From positions 1 to 64,000 of the IMG/VR virus record IMGVR_UViG_3300035696_000004: 64,000 nt of DNA. The stretch is one strand, 5' to 3'. The notes under the pieces are model-generated. The model did not search any database. It saw only the letters and a list, made by a program, of their open reading frames with translations, and was not told the origin of the DNA. Position numbers and translations under genes: made by a program. Below are positions 45,271 to 55,013 of this stretch, piece by piece (positions within the stretch are counted from its first letter, which is position 1; each line of letters begins with the position of its first letter). This DNA is from a virus (Duplodnaviria > Caudoviricetes).

Positions 45271-48129
45271 ATGGCAAAGGATAATTTTGACACTATTCTG
45301 CGAGCCGCAGGGTCTGGGAAAACATTCCCTGCCTTAGGGATCGTGAAAGCCGACGCAGGTATGGTTGCGTTGATGAGCAAGATGGTTCCGTCGAAACGCC
45401 CTTCCTTTTATGGAAAGGACGGTAACCGAGCACCGGAACCTCCGGACTTGGGCCAAATGCGTCAAACGGCAGACCGGATTGCGCAGAATACGTCAGATAC
45501 CCAGACGATCATGCAGATGCTGCCAGACACAGAGTTGTCTGCACAGATTCTGATCAGTTCTATTCTGGCTCCAAAGGATCTCGAAACGACCGAACTGACG
45601 TTTACGGGACCTGAAGGTATTGTTCCGCCTGACGTCGCAGCGGGCGTCACAGCAGCGCTCAAATTGTTCTTTGAGCAAGACTATAAAATTAAGGCCGAGC
45701 TGCCAAAAATCCTCAGGGATGTCTTGTTCGATACCGGTAGCTATGCGGAAGCTATCATTCCTGAGAACGCCATTGACGAAGTGATCAACGGCGAGCAGCA
45801 TCTCTCGTTGGAGAGTTTGGGGATGGAGTTTACCCGAGAAGGCCATATCCGGAACAAAGGATTACTCGGGCCTGTTTTTAATTCTACGCCCACACCGGTA
45901 CAACGTCGTTCCGCATTAGCTCTGGAATCGCTGAGTTATAAACGCGATCCGGGAACAATCGATTCCAATGTGACGCTGGAAGCCGTCTTCGGGAAGCCGG
46001 TTGAGACAGGGATCACCGTCACGGACAACTACAATGTCCTGAAGATCCCAAAGATACAAGACCGTGTGCGAGGACAGCAAGTAGCCTCCAGGATCGGCTC
46101 TCCCGCAATGGAGTCATTGCATGGAATGACGGATAGAAAGCTCTCTAGCCTCATTTACAAGCCGGGAAACACCCATTACAAGCCAATTGTGAGCTTGAAG
46201 ACGCAGGAACAACTGCAACGTAAGACCGTGGGCAATCCGCTACTCCTGCATCTGCCGTCTGAATCTGTATTACCGGTCTATGTCCCAGGGTCTCCTGAGA
46301 ACCATGTCGGGTATTACGTGCTCCTGGATCCCGAAGGGCACCCGCTGAACAAAACGAAGGATATCGATTACTATACGCAACTCGGTAATCGGATGAATTC
46401 GACCGGATCGTTCTCGTCGGCGCTTCTGACCAAGATGCGTACCGATATGGGCGGCTTTGATTTCAGGAATAGCGACCATCTCGATTATAGCGTCAGAGCG
46501 TATGGCGAAATGATCGAACAAGACTTCTTGGCTCGTCTTCGGAATGGCGTATATGGAAACGGCGTAGCCCTTGCCAAACGGGAAGAGTTCTACCGCATCA
46601 TGTTTGCCCGGACGTTGTCCCAGCAAAACACACAGGTGCTGTTTGTTCCTGTGGAATTGATGACGTACTTTGCGCTGCGCTATGCTGATGATGGTACGGG
46701 TCGGTCCTTGATGGACGGTATGAAGATCCTGAACTCGATTCGGTGTATTCTGACGTTTGCCAACACCATGACGGCGCTCAAGAACTCCATCGGTCGGACA
46801 GCGGTGAACCTCAAGTTGGATGAGGATGATCCGGATCCACAAAAGACGATCGAACGGATGATTCACGAGTTCCTGAGGACCCGTGAGCAGTCCCTGCCTA
46901 TCGGGATGAGCAATCCGTCGGACATCGCCGACTGGATGGGTCGTGCAGGCTTCGAATTCACCTTCGAAGGCCACCCGGGACTTCCTGATGTGAAGATGGA
47001 CATCAGTGAGAAATCGTCAGCCTACCCGAAGGTCGACACCGATCTGGAAGAGCTCTATCGGAAACGCGCAATCATGTCTGTGGGTCTTTCCCCTGATTCG
47101 GTTGACGCTACCTTCCAACCCGAGTTTGCTACGAGCGTGGTTGCAAATAACCTGCTCTTGGCAAAGCGTGTCGTCCAGATTCAGGATGAGTTCACCCCTA
47201 TCCTGAATAAGCACTTGCGTAAGATCGCCATGAACTCTGAGCACATCGTGAAGAAGATCAAGGATATCTTGACCGACAACATCGATGCCATCGTTGCCAG
47301 GGCGAAACGTAAGGGCGAGCTGGAAGACAAGGATTACTCGGGTGATGAGAATCAAGCAGCCCGCGAATACGTGATCCATCGTTTGCTACATGAGTTCATC
47401 GAGAACTTCGAAGTATCGTTGCCGAAACCCAACTCGGTGACTCTGGAAAACCAACTCACAGGTCTCCAGAAGTACAGCGAAGCCTTGGATGCCGTTCTGC
47501 CGTCCTACATCAGCACGGACTTTCTCAATAGCGATACGATTGGGGATCTGTCCAACCACGTGGATGCCATTCGTGGTGTCGTGAAAGCGTACTACATCCG
47601 GAAGTATCTCTCCGAAAATGGGATGCTTCTGGAGTTGAACGAACTCATCACGAACGACGAAGAAGGTAAGCCGGTTGTCAACATCTACAATGAGACAGCC
47701 AATCATGTCAACTCCTTGATGGCGTCGCTCTCGTATTGGATGGATAGTGTCCAAATCACGAAGCAAGCTGCCAACAAGGCTGAGCATGCTCGAACTGAAA
47801 CGGACGGTGGCGAAGGCGGTGCTGAGGTTACGACAACCGATACGACCGGTGGTGGTACCACGGGTTCGGACACGGGTAATGACAACGATGACTTCGGCAA
47901 TGACTTTGGTGACGACTTCGGGGACATGGGCAATGATCTGGGCGGTGATGAAGGTGGCGGCCCTAACGATGGTCTGGGTGGCACTACGGGGCCTGCAAGT
48001 AGCGGAGAAAATGAAACACCGGAAAAGACACCGGAAGCTTCCGCTAACACAGAAAAACCCACTCCCGAGAAGGAAGAAGAGGGAGAACCCGAAGATAAGG
48101 GCAACACTGAAGAGAAACCCAAGCCATAA
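45271..48129 (+). CDS. Portal protein (phiKZ gp129-like)
   Basis: 952 aa. MQMLPDTELSAQILISSILAPKD, LPSESVLPVYVPGSP..HVGYYVLLD..G, FYRIMFAR, FEGHPGLP; synteny with gp128/gp127. Confidence 0.75.
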   Translation: MAKDNFDTILRAAGSGKTFPALGIVKADAGMVALMSKMVPSKRPSFYGKDGNRAPEPPDLGQMRQTADRIAQNTSDTQTIMQMLPDTELSAQILISSILAPKDLETTELTFTGPEGIVPPDVAAGVTAALKLFFEQDYKIKAELPKILRDVLFDTGSYAEAIIPENAIDEVINGEQHLSLESLGMEFTREGHIRNKGLLGPVFNSTPTPVQRRSALALESLSYKRDPGTIDSNVTLEAVFGKPVETGITVTDNYNVLKIPKIQDRVRGQQVASRIGSPAMESLHGMTDRKLSSLIYKPGNTHYKPIVSLKTQEQLQRKTVGNPLLLHLPSESVLPVYVPGSPENHVGYYVLLDPEGHPLNKTKDIDYYTQLGNRMNSTGSFSSALLTKMRTDMGGFDFRNSDHLDYSVRAYGEMIEQDFLARLRNGVYGNGVALAKREEFYRIMFARTLSQQNTQVLFVPVELMTYFALRYADDGTGRSLMDGMKILNSIRCILTFANTMTALKNSIGRTAVNLKLDEDDPDPQKTIERMIHEFLRTREQSLPIGMSNPSDIADWMGRAGFEFTFEGHPGLPDVKMDISEKSSAYPKVDTDLEELYRKRAIMSVGLSPDSVDATFQPEFATSVVANNLLLAKRVVQIQDEFTPILNKHLRKIAMNSEHIVKKIKDILTDNIDAIVARAKRKGELEDKDYSGDENQAAREYVIHRLLHEFIENFEVSLPKPNSVTLENQLTGLQKYSEALDAVLPSYISTDFLNSDTIGDLSNHVDAIRGVVKAYYIRKYLSENGMLLELNELITNDEEGKPVVNIYNETANHVNSLMASLSYWMDSVQITKQAANKAEHARTETDGGEGGAEVTTTDTTGGGTTGSDTGNDNDDFGNDFGDDFGDMGNDLGGDEGGGPNDGLGGTTGPASSGENETPEKTPEASANTEKPTPEKEEEGEPEDKGNTEEKPKP

Positions 48130-48164
48130 TCTCGAGTAGGAACCAAAAAAAAAAGAGTGAGGTG

Positions 48165-48199
48165 CATAGACCCCCGGAGCATTGCTCCGGGGGTCTATG
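48165..48199. terminator. Hairpin, CATA...TATG family
   Basis: Perfect 16-bp stem catagacccccggagc-att-gctccgggggtctatg; A10 run at 48145-48154. Confidence 0.78.
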
Positions 48200-48202
48200 A
48201 TG

Positions 48203-48559
48203 TCAGCTGGGTACGCCGATTTCTTCAAGCAACATGTGGGAGTGTTGGCAGAGATGGAGTTGTTTCCAGGTATCCTTTTCGGTATGCTTGACCACGACAC
48301 GACCGTGATTGTCAAGGGAAACATCTAGCAAGACCGTCCGCGACTTAATGGCGCAGGCTGTCGTTAAAAAGGTTTTGATGAGTTCGGGTAGGTTGCTGGG
48401 TATTTTGGTGAGTTCCTTTTCGTACACGATCTCTCGATATAAGAAAGGTAAGGCATAGGTGTGATTTTTGTCATCCCATGCCACGAATGGAGTGGGTGAT
48501 TCGGGGTCAAACTGTATTCGCACGAGGTCATCTTCGTGCCCATAGATGAGGGCGGGCAT
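48203..48559 (-). CDS. Hypothetical protein
   Basis: 118-aa ORF ending at the hairpin; weak RBS. Confidence 0.5.
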   Translation of the reverse strand: MPALIYGHEDDLVRIQFDPESPTPFVAWDDKNHTYALPFLYREIVYEKELTKIPSNLPELIKTFLTTACAIKSRTVLLDVSLDNHGRVVVKHTEKDTWKQLHLCQHSHMLLEEIGVPS

Positions 48560-48623
48560 TGTTAGGCTTTCTTTTTGAGGAGGGACGTATCCATATCATT
48601 CGTCTGGTGCCCTGGATCAATCC

Positions 48624-49115
48624 TCAGCCGTTGCCATTTTGTTGTTGTTTCTTTTTCTTTTGTCGAGCGTAGTATTCTTTCCAGGCCCGTTTCCCACATT
48701 CCCGACACTGTCGCTGACCGAAACGATTGGGTTCTTCAGGGAGTCGATGACCTCGCTTGCAGAACTCTTTCTGGCCTCTGACGTCTCGTGCGGCCTTTAA
48801 CCAGGAGTTCGGTTTATCCCAGCGAATATTCCCCGATGAATAAGGAGCCGTTTCATCAATTTTCCGTACGACCTCGCTCTTAAGCGGAGGACGAACAAAA
48901 ACCGTCAGGACTGTTCTCCAAATATACAAAGTGTGACGTTTTGCTTGGTGATGCAGTGAGAATGTTTCGACTTTCCCCACTACAATGGGTGCAAGGAACT
49001 TTCCCGCCAGCCTCCGACCTCGTGAATCAAGTCGTGGTAATGACCTCGCTCGTCCCAAATTGGAGATCTCGTAGGCGCCTTCGTACCCAGGGATAGGTCT
49101 CCAGACCTCAGTCAT
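48624..49115 (-). CDS. NUMOD4-HNH homing-endonuclease-like protein with degenerate HNH and C-terminal Zn finger
   Basis: Start moved to ATG 49115. EVWRPIPGYEGAYEISNLGRARS (NUMOD4); HNH positions substituted (IWRTV, VRKID, YSSGNIRW); CKRGH...QCREC. Confidence 0.7.
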   Translation of the reverse strand: MTEVWRPIPGYEGAYEISNLGRARSLPRLDSRGRRLAGKFLAPIVVGKVETFSLHHQAKRHTLYIWRTVLTVFVRPPLKSEVVRKIDETAPYSSGNIRWDKPNSWLKAARDVRGQKEFCKRGHRLPEEPNRFGQRQCRECGKRAWKEYYARQKKKKQQQNGNG

Positions 49116-49356
49116 AAAGAACCGCCCATTCATCAAGTGCGGCATCGCAATCGCAATCTGGGCAGATGGAACCGATCGTCTCAGGGTGCAAGTCCGTCCC
49201 ACAAGTCGTACATTGGCGACGCGCCTGATTTGTTGCCAACACATCGGTTTCCGTCGTTGTAGCGACCACATCAAATTCGATAGGGGTCGACGCTGCTTCT
49301 TCGAGCTCTTTGAACAACTCGATTTCTTTGTCGATGTAATCGAACGGGACTTTCAT
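49108..49356 (-). CDS. Small zinc-ribbon protein
   Basis: 82 aa; CTTCG...CPDC; AAGGA RBS. Confidence 0.55.
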   Translation of the reverse strand: MKVPFDYIDKEIELFKELEEAASTPIEFDVVATTTETDVLATNQARRQCTTCGTDLHPETIGSICPDCDCDAALDEWAVLYD

Positions 49357-49370
49357 TTCTCATTCCTTTA

Positions 49371-49826
49371 TTAACGGAAAATTGCAATCCCTGTACCGGC
49401 CACACGAGCAAACGCCTGCCAGAGAGAATCATAGACCTGCGGATTGATGGCTGTTTGGATCAACTGAGCCCGGCAGATTTCAAAGTCACCCGCGAGCTTC
49501 GAGCATGTTTGAGGGCCGATAAAGCCTTCACAGTCCGTGAAATGAATCAACTCCCGAAAGAGAGTGTCATCGTGATTCAGCAAGGCGATGTCAGAGAGCT
49601 GTCGCCGAAAGTGACGGTAATAGACCCCATTATACGACAAATTCACAGGATCCACTTTTTTGCAGATCAGTTTCTGGGGAAGGCCGTCACCGTGACCGAT
49701 GTACTCGGGGTCATTAATCGCTTGAGTCCACGTATCTTCATCGAGGAGGTCGCCGTTTTCATCGAGAAGTACGGCTTCATTCTCGGGACGAACCAATGTC
49801 TTGTAAAAAGTAATCAGCAAACTCAT
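49371..49826 (-). CDS. Hypothetical protein
   Basis: Start moved to ATG 49826 (GGAGG RBS). Confidence 0.6.
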   Translation of the reverse strand: MSLLITFYKTLVRPENEAVLLDENGDLLDEDTWTQAINDPEYIGHGDGLPQKLICKKVDPVNLSYNGVYYRHFRRQLSDIALLNHDDTLFRELIHFTDCEGFIGPQTCSKLAGDFEICRAQLIQTAINPQVYDSLWQAFARVAGTGIAIFR

Positions 49827-49842
49827 GGGTTCCTCCAAATGA

Positions 49843-49867
49843 AATAAAGACCGGGCCCGAAGGCCCG
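49843..49867 (-). terminator. Rho-independent terminator candidate
   Basis: ccgggcc-ttcg-ggcccgg followed by tctttattt on the minus strand. Confidence 0.6.
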
Positions 49868-49877
49868 GCCGTTTCGT

Positions 49878-51812
49878 TTAGTTCACGATACGAATCAGAT
49901 ACGATTCTTCGTTCACGAACCCTTGGCAGATCTCGAGCGTGATGTTGTCACGCGTCCGGATGAAGTGGCGTTCGAAGTCCCACAGCTTTTCCTTCTTCAT
50001 GATCGCCGTCACCAGATCAATCAGACCGTTCGTGAATTCATGAGTCACCAGCGACCCAATCTCACGATCCGTTTCGACTTCGAAGTCATTGAAGTAGCTG
50101 TCCACGAAAGTCATGGAGTACTTCGACGGCATCGGAGCGAACAGGAGGTCCGACGCGACCACCGCTTCTTCCGACCCCAGCAACGCCACGTTCAGCGCCT
50201 TCAGATCGATGTCGATCTTCGGGATTGCGCCACGGATCAGCGTCTTCTCGTTCATGCTGAGACATTCGCTGAACATCTTGCCGTAGTTTTCACGCAGATA
50301 TTCTTGCAGATCGGCGTAGTCTTCGATGAACGATTCCAGATGAACCTCGCGACTCGCGATGCACATCCGGTTTTCCAGTGCCCGGTTGAAGACATCCGTC
50401 AGGCGCTTGTTCGTTGCCGCTTGGATTTCAATCGGAACGTTCTCATCGCTCATGAAGTTGATGATGTCTGCGATCGTTTCTTCCGGGTGTGCCCACTTCA
50501 GATCATCGATTGCAATACCGCGGACCAGAACCGGATTGCTGACGGTAGCCGTCGCACGGAAGGCACGGATATCGATCAGATCGTTGTCCGCGCACGCTGC
50601 CCTCACTTTCGCCCATTCAGCAGCGGCCTTGACCCAGGCATCATCCAGCGTGGTCGAGGTGATGTCACCCGGCAGATGATCGAGATGAAGTTTCACCTTC
50701 TTCTCTTCCGGGATCTTTTCGATCATCGTCTTTTGGTCCGTGACGATGTCCGACAGGCGTACGGCTTGTTTGGCCAGCTCGTATGCGTTCACGCCAGTGT
50801 GATCAACAGGGACAGCCGTCCCACGCCAGTTCGGGATCTTGTGTTTCGTCGGGTCCACTTCCATGCCTTCCCGGTCAATCAGTTGTTGGATGCCATCAGC
50901 GTTGCGTACCACACGACTTTGCCAGAGCGTCGCGTTCCATGCACGCCAGAACGGCTGCAACACGGTCGGTTTCCAGTCGATAGGCTTCAGGACTTCGAAT
51001 TGAGTGTTCACTGTTTCCCTTTCTTCCTGCTGATCGACGGCTCGATCGCTTTGACGAGCTTCGTAACGGCTCGGCGCCCTGGCGGGCTTCGATGTCGCAC
51101 GACTCGTGTTACCGATGAAGGATTGCTCGCCTACAGCCACACGACGTTGAGGAGCATTTCCGGACTGTTGATTCGCCAAGCTCGAACCGAACCGGCCGTT
51201 TCCTTGCTGTTGCGATCCGACCACCGGAGCACCTTGGCGACCTCCGTATCGGGAGTTCACAGGCGGCGGCGCACCGCGACCACCGCGTACCTGTGCCCGA
51301 CTTGTTTGGAAGGCTTCCTGAATCGTGATCGGATTTCGACGATAGCGATCAAGTTCGCTCATCACGCGTTGCATCGAGTCGATGGCGTTCGTGACAGGCC
51401 CCCGAACAGACGGATGGCACCAGTTCAACAACTCCGGATCTTCAGCGGCGCAGATCGCACCGTGCATGGAGACCGCGTCGTCCACCAGGACATCAGCGGC
51501 TTCTTCCACGTTCCGGAATCGGCCATCGATAATCCCCATGGCGATCATGTCGATCGTGTCTTGGAGAAGATAGGTGAAGTCCTGGTTGTAGAAGCCGTTG
51601 ACGGCGTAGCGGTTGAACATATAGATACGAACTTCGCTCGGACTCGGACCAAAGGCCTGATCCTGGATCTCGAGTGCGCAACCCGCCGCAATCGCATCGA
51701 CGTATCGCAGAACTTCGGGATCCCCTTCGACCTGGAAGTACCGGGGCGGTCGATCAACGGAGATGTCCATTTGATTGTACATCAGTCTGTCGATAGGGTA
51801 ACGTGTTTCCAT
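49878..51812 (-). CDS. Conserved phiKZ-like hypothetical protein downstream of nvRNAP beta
   Basis: 644 aa; helical N-domain, G/Q/R-rich linker and C-domain; strong codon bias (antisense frame stays open). Confidence 0.65.
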   Translation of the reverse strand: METRYPIDRLMYNQMDISVDRPPRYFQVEGDPEVLRYVDAIAAGCALEIQDQAFGPSPSEVRIYMFNRYAVNGFYNQDFTYLLQDTIDMIAMGIIDGRFRNVEEAADVLVDDAVSMHGAICAAEDPELLNWCHPSVRGPVTNAIDSMQRVMSELDRYRRNPITIQEAFQTSRAQVRGGRGAPPPVNSRYGGRQGAPVVGSQQQGNGRFGSSLANQQSGNAPQRRVAVGEQSFIGNTSRATSKPARAPSRYEARQSDRAVDQQEERETVNTQFEVLKPIDWKPTVLQPFWRAWNATLWQSRVVRNADGIQQLIDREGMEVDPTKHKIPNWRGTAVPVDHTGVNAYELAKQAVRLSDIVTDQKTMIEKIPEEKKVKLHLDHLPGDITSTTLDDAWVKAAAEWAKVRAACADNDLIDIRAFRATATVSNPVLVRGIAIDDLKWAHPEETIADIINFMSDENVPIEIQAATNKRLTDVFNRALENRMCIASREVHLESFIEDYADLQEYLRENYGKMFSECLSMNEKTLIRGAIPKIDIDLKALNVALLGSEEAVVASDLLFAPMPSKYSMTFVDSYFNDFEVETDREIGSLVTHEFTNGLIDLVTAIMKKEKLWDFERHFIRTRDNITLEICQGFVNEESYLIRIVN

Positions 51813-51853
51813 GGATTTCCCTTTTTACTTTGTTAGTGGCACGCCTGCCAGTA

Positions 51854-53458
51854 TTAGATACGACGGATAACTTCTTCTACTTCAAGAAGCAAGTCGATAA
51901 ACTCCGGGTTCTTTTGAACCAACCCGCTAGGGGCAACACGGAGGTGTCGATTGATGCGACTGTGACCGCTAGGCTCACTCTTCGGGATATTCAAATACCC
52001 GCCGACTTCAGCGATCGAGGAATGCAATCGCTTAGACGGATCCGACAAGGCAGCGGTATCATTCTTGCCGCCGGTGGACGAGCTATTTGCCTGAGGCACC
52101 ATCAACGCCGTCATCTTGAATGCTTTGTTGTCTCCCGATGTGGTCGTGGTCGATACTTCACCATGACCTTCACGGATAGCAAACACCGCCCCCATTTTGA
52201 TGTACGTCGTCATCAATTGCTCAATCTCTTTACGCGTGATCGTCTTTCCAGATCGAACCAACGTGCCGAGACGGAAGTAGAAGTTATTGATTTGGTTCAT
52301 CAGTTCCACAAAGACATAATACAGGATACTCAATTCCTTATCATACAGGCTATTGATCTTATCCTTGGAACTGTTGCACCAGTCATTGATACGCTCAATG
52401 ACAATCATGAAGAACTCGTACAGATCGTTGACCGGTAGATTGATCTCCTTGAATTTCTTCTTCATGACTTCGTCGACATACTCATCGAGAGATCCGATGT
52501 GGACGCAGACGTCATCATGAATTTTACCGATGTTAACATTGCCCGAATACAGAATGCGACCCAGGAAGGTTCTCCACATGCGCGGTGTGTCGATTTCATT
52601 GACATCCATTTCATGGGAGAAGTGCTCAGCGATATAGAAGAAACCGCCGACCATGCTCTTCATCGTGAGGGTGAACTTATCCCTCGGAATGACAAGAGCG
52701 ACCTTGCTCGGGAACGAGAACTTGTTGTTGAGGAGCTTGGGACGACTGGAACAAATGACCCAGTCTTCCTTAGGATACTTCTCGCGAGATACAGTATCCA
52801 CCATCTCCACAATCGGTACAGCACCCGCTGTCCTGAGAAAGGCTTCCGAGAACCCGAACTTGCAGAACAGGTAATGCGCCAACGTGGTGTTGCATTTCAC
52901 GGCTGGCTTGATCTCGAGCTTCTGAGGGTTCTTGTTGTAGACCAGTGACCACGGAACTTTGACGCTGTCGATGCAATCATCGACGATCAATTGATGGTCC
53001 AGTCGTTCAATCGTGATCCGTGCACGAATCAGACGAACGAATACACTATCCAGTCCCGGGCTCAATACCCGATCCGCCAAGATAGGGCTGATGACAAACC
53101 GACTACCGCTGATATGGAGAATACCCGCTTCTCCTACAAACGGCAGCTTGATGTACCGAACAATCTCTTCGCCCTTGAAATCGAAGATGTACTTCATCAT
53201 GTAGAAGTCTGTTCGGGCCATGTCGAATACCCGGACATTGCTACGTTTCCGGGTTTCTTCATTGAACTCCTCTTGTGCATCGCACCGCTCACACCGAACA
53301 TATTTCAGTTCAGGTGGAAAGCCTTTCGCCACCGCTCGCCAGACCGAGTTGATGTACGATTCGGATAACTCCATATGCGCAACAGCCAAGCCGTTGGCAA
53401 TGAGAGGATTCAGCTGTGGCGTATCGCCAATAGCAATCTCACTAATAAAATCATCCAT
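51854..53458 (-). CDS. Non-virion RNA polymerase beta subunit, N-terminal part (phiKZ gp123-like)
   Basis: TPQLNPLIANGLA, YIKLPFVGEAGILHISGSRFVISPILAD, LHSSIAEVGGYLNIPKSEPSGHSRIN; synteny near MCP. Confidence 0.85.
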   Translation of the reverse strand: MDDFISEIAIGDTPQLNPLIANGLAVAHMELSESYINSVWRAVAKGFPPELKYVRCERCDAQEEFNEETRKRSNVRVFDMARTDFYMMKYIFDFKGEEIVRYIKLPFVGEAGILHISGSRFVISPILADRVLSPGLDSVFVRLIRARITIERLDHQLIVDDCIDSVKVPWSLVYNKNPQKLEIKPAVKCNTTLAHYLFCKFGFSEAFLRTAGAVPIVEMVDTVSREKYPKEDWVICSSRPKLLNNKFSFPSKVALVIPRDKFTLTMKSMVGGFFYIAEHFSHEMDVNEIDTPRMWRTFLGRILYSGNVNIGKIHDDVCVHIGSLDEYVDEVMKKKFKEINLPVNDLYEFFMIVIERINDWCNSSKDKINSLYDKELSILYYVFVELMNQINNFYFRLGTLVRSGKTITRKEIEQLMTTYIKMGAVFAIREGHGEVSTTTTSGDNKAFKMTALMVPQANSSSTGGKNDTAALSDPSKRLHSSIAEVGGYLNIPKSEPSGHSRINRHLRVAPSGLVQKNPEFIDLLLEVEEVIRRI

Positions 53459-53491
53459 GTGCTTTTCTTTATTTTCAAGTGATGAAACCTG

Positions 53492-54727
53492 TCAGGAGAA
53501 TAGAGAGAAGAACCCCCCTATCACGCTTGTCACGCACGACACCATCAACTTAGCGGTTCCGCTAAAGAAGAGAGCTTTCGCGGCGACAATCGCTGCTCCT
53601 ATCCCAGCAATAGCAATAGGCAACCATTTCAAGACTTCGCTAGAATCTTTCCTTTCGATGGAGAGCGCTTCGTAATGATCTTTCACTCGCGTTTTCTCTA
53701 GAGCCTGTTGATGCTCGAAGCGTGCCCGTGCATCATCCAACTCCTTACTTCGCCGTTCGAGTTCAGCCTCACGTTCTTTCGCCTCAGCCGCTCGCTTATC
53801 TTTGAGACGATCGAGTTCAGCCATTTCACGATCAATTTCGGCCTTACGTGCCGTCAAGTCTAGCCTCGACAAGTTTATCTGATGCTCGAGCTCAGCCAGT
53901 TCCTTTTTCTGATTGGTCTCAATATCCCCATTATTCAATGCATCTTCATGCGTCGAAAAGAGCAACAGACTCTTGAAGGTTTCATCCGACAGTTCGTAGT
54001 ACGTATACGTCGTTCCTCGTTTCCCTGCTTTGAGTTCGTCTGATTTCAAGCTGATGTGGACATAAATCCCATCTTTCTTGGTGAGATCTTTCTTAGGATC
54101 AATCAGGTAAACACTCTTGCAATGATTGTAGTACTTCGATCCGTATATCCCCTTGTTATCGATAAACTCGATACACATCCCAAAGTTGGGCGCATTCAGA
54201 TCAATACTGGTGAGCTTGGCTAACTCCTGGAATCGGCCACCCTGACTGTACGGGTGATGCGGAGCAAAGATCGGCTCTTCTTCCAAACTCAGCACAATAT
54301 CTAGGTCGGGAATATAAATACTCTTACCCGGTGCTTTTAATAGTTCTTCCTCCGTGATACGGAAGTACGATGACACTGAGACCGGACCGTGCTTGCGTGC
54401 GTGACCTGTGTTCAACTGATCACGCATGGCTTGTAATTCCTTTGTATCGCTTTCGTCCACATTCCTCAGCAGACTAATGGCGGCCACCTTACCAGCATCA
54501 TCCAGTGTGACGACCGATCGTATTTCAATCGCTCGTTTCCCTAAACTGTGATCTGGTTTGACGGAGAGTCGTAATCCATTTCGATACGACAAGGTAACGG
54601 GTCTCCCTAACCCATTGAGGTATTCAATAGTTGTCTTTACCGGAACATTGATGTTCGAACGTGACAGCAAGTTCACTTCGTACGGTTCCATGAAATGCGG
54701 GTGTTGCGTAAGCTCAGGATATTGCAT
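53492..54727 (-). CDS. Conserved phiKZ-like protein (gp122-like) with coiled coil and hydrophobic C-terminus
   Basis: 411 aa between MCP and nvRNAP beta; APHHPYS, coiled coil, C-terminal VLKWLPIAIAGIGAAIV. Confidence 0.65.
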   Translation of the reverse strand: MQYPELTQHPHFMEPYEVNLLSRSNINVPVKTTIEYLNGLGRPVTLSYRNGLRLSVKPDHSLGKRAIEIRSVVTLDDAGKVAAISLLRNVDESDTKELQAMRDQLNTGHARKHGPVSVSSYFRITEEELLKAPGKSIYIPDLDIVLSLEEEPIFAPHHPYSQGGRFQELAKLTSIDLNAPNFGMCIEFIDNKGIYGSKYYNHCKSVYLIDPKKDLTKKDGIYVHISLKSDELKAGKRGTTYTYYELSDETFKSLLLFSTHEDALNNGDIETNQKKELAELEHQINLSRLDLTARKAEIDREMAELDRLKDKRAAEAKEREAELERRSKELDDARARFEHQQALEKTRVKDHYEALSIERKDSSEVLKWLPIAIAGIGAAIVAAKALFFSGTAKLMVSCVTSVIGGFFSLFS

Positions 54728-54886
54728 TTTTTATTCCTGGTATTCTCGAGGGTACTGAAGGCCGCTAGGCTCTTTTTGCTTTTCGGTCTAGCGTGACAGG
54801 GAAATCGGGCCTCCTTTATCGGAGCGAATAATATTCATGGCAGTATAAGAACTCCTTGGGCTGGATTCAAAGGGACTATCTTTTTA

Positions 54887-54908
54887 GTAATATATGTTTG
54901 AAATATTC
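54887..54908 (-). promoter_or_regulatory. Candidate early (vRNAP) promoter with TATATTAC
   Basis: Minus strand GAATATTTCAAACATATATTAC contains the phiKZ early-promoter core TATATTAC; upstream of the gp122/gp123-like operon. Confidence 0.6.
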
Positions 54909-54914
54909 TACATG

Positions 54915-54966
54915 GCGGCATAAGGGCATAAATCCCTCTCTCCACTCGAAAGAGTGGAGAGAGGGA
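54915..54966 (-). terminator. Major capsid gene terminator hairpin
   Basis: Perfect 15-bp stem tccctctctccactc-gaaa-gagtggagagaggga; on the minus strand followed by TTTATGCCCTTATGCCG. Confidence 0.75.
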
Positions 54967-55013
54967 CCAGCCCCAATAGCTGAACTTCAACAGCAAGTCA
55001 TTACTGGAACGGA

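Noticed and set aside
49923-51836. 637-aa plus-strand ORF
   Set aside because: Antisense shadow of the codon-biased 49878-51812 gene.
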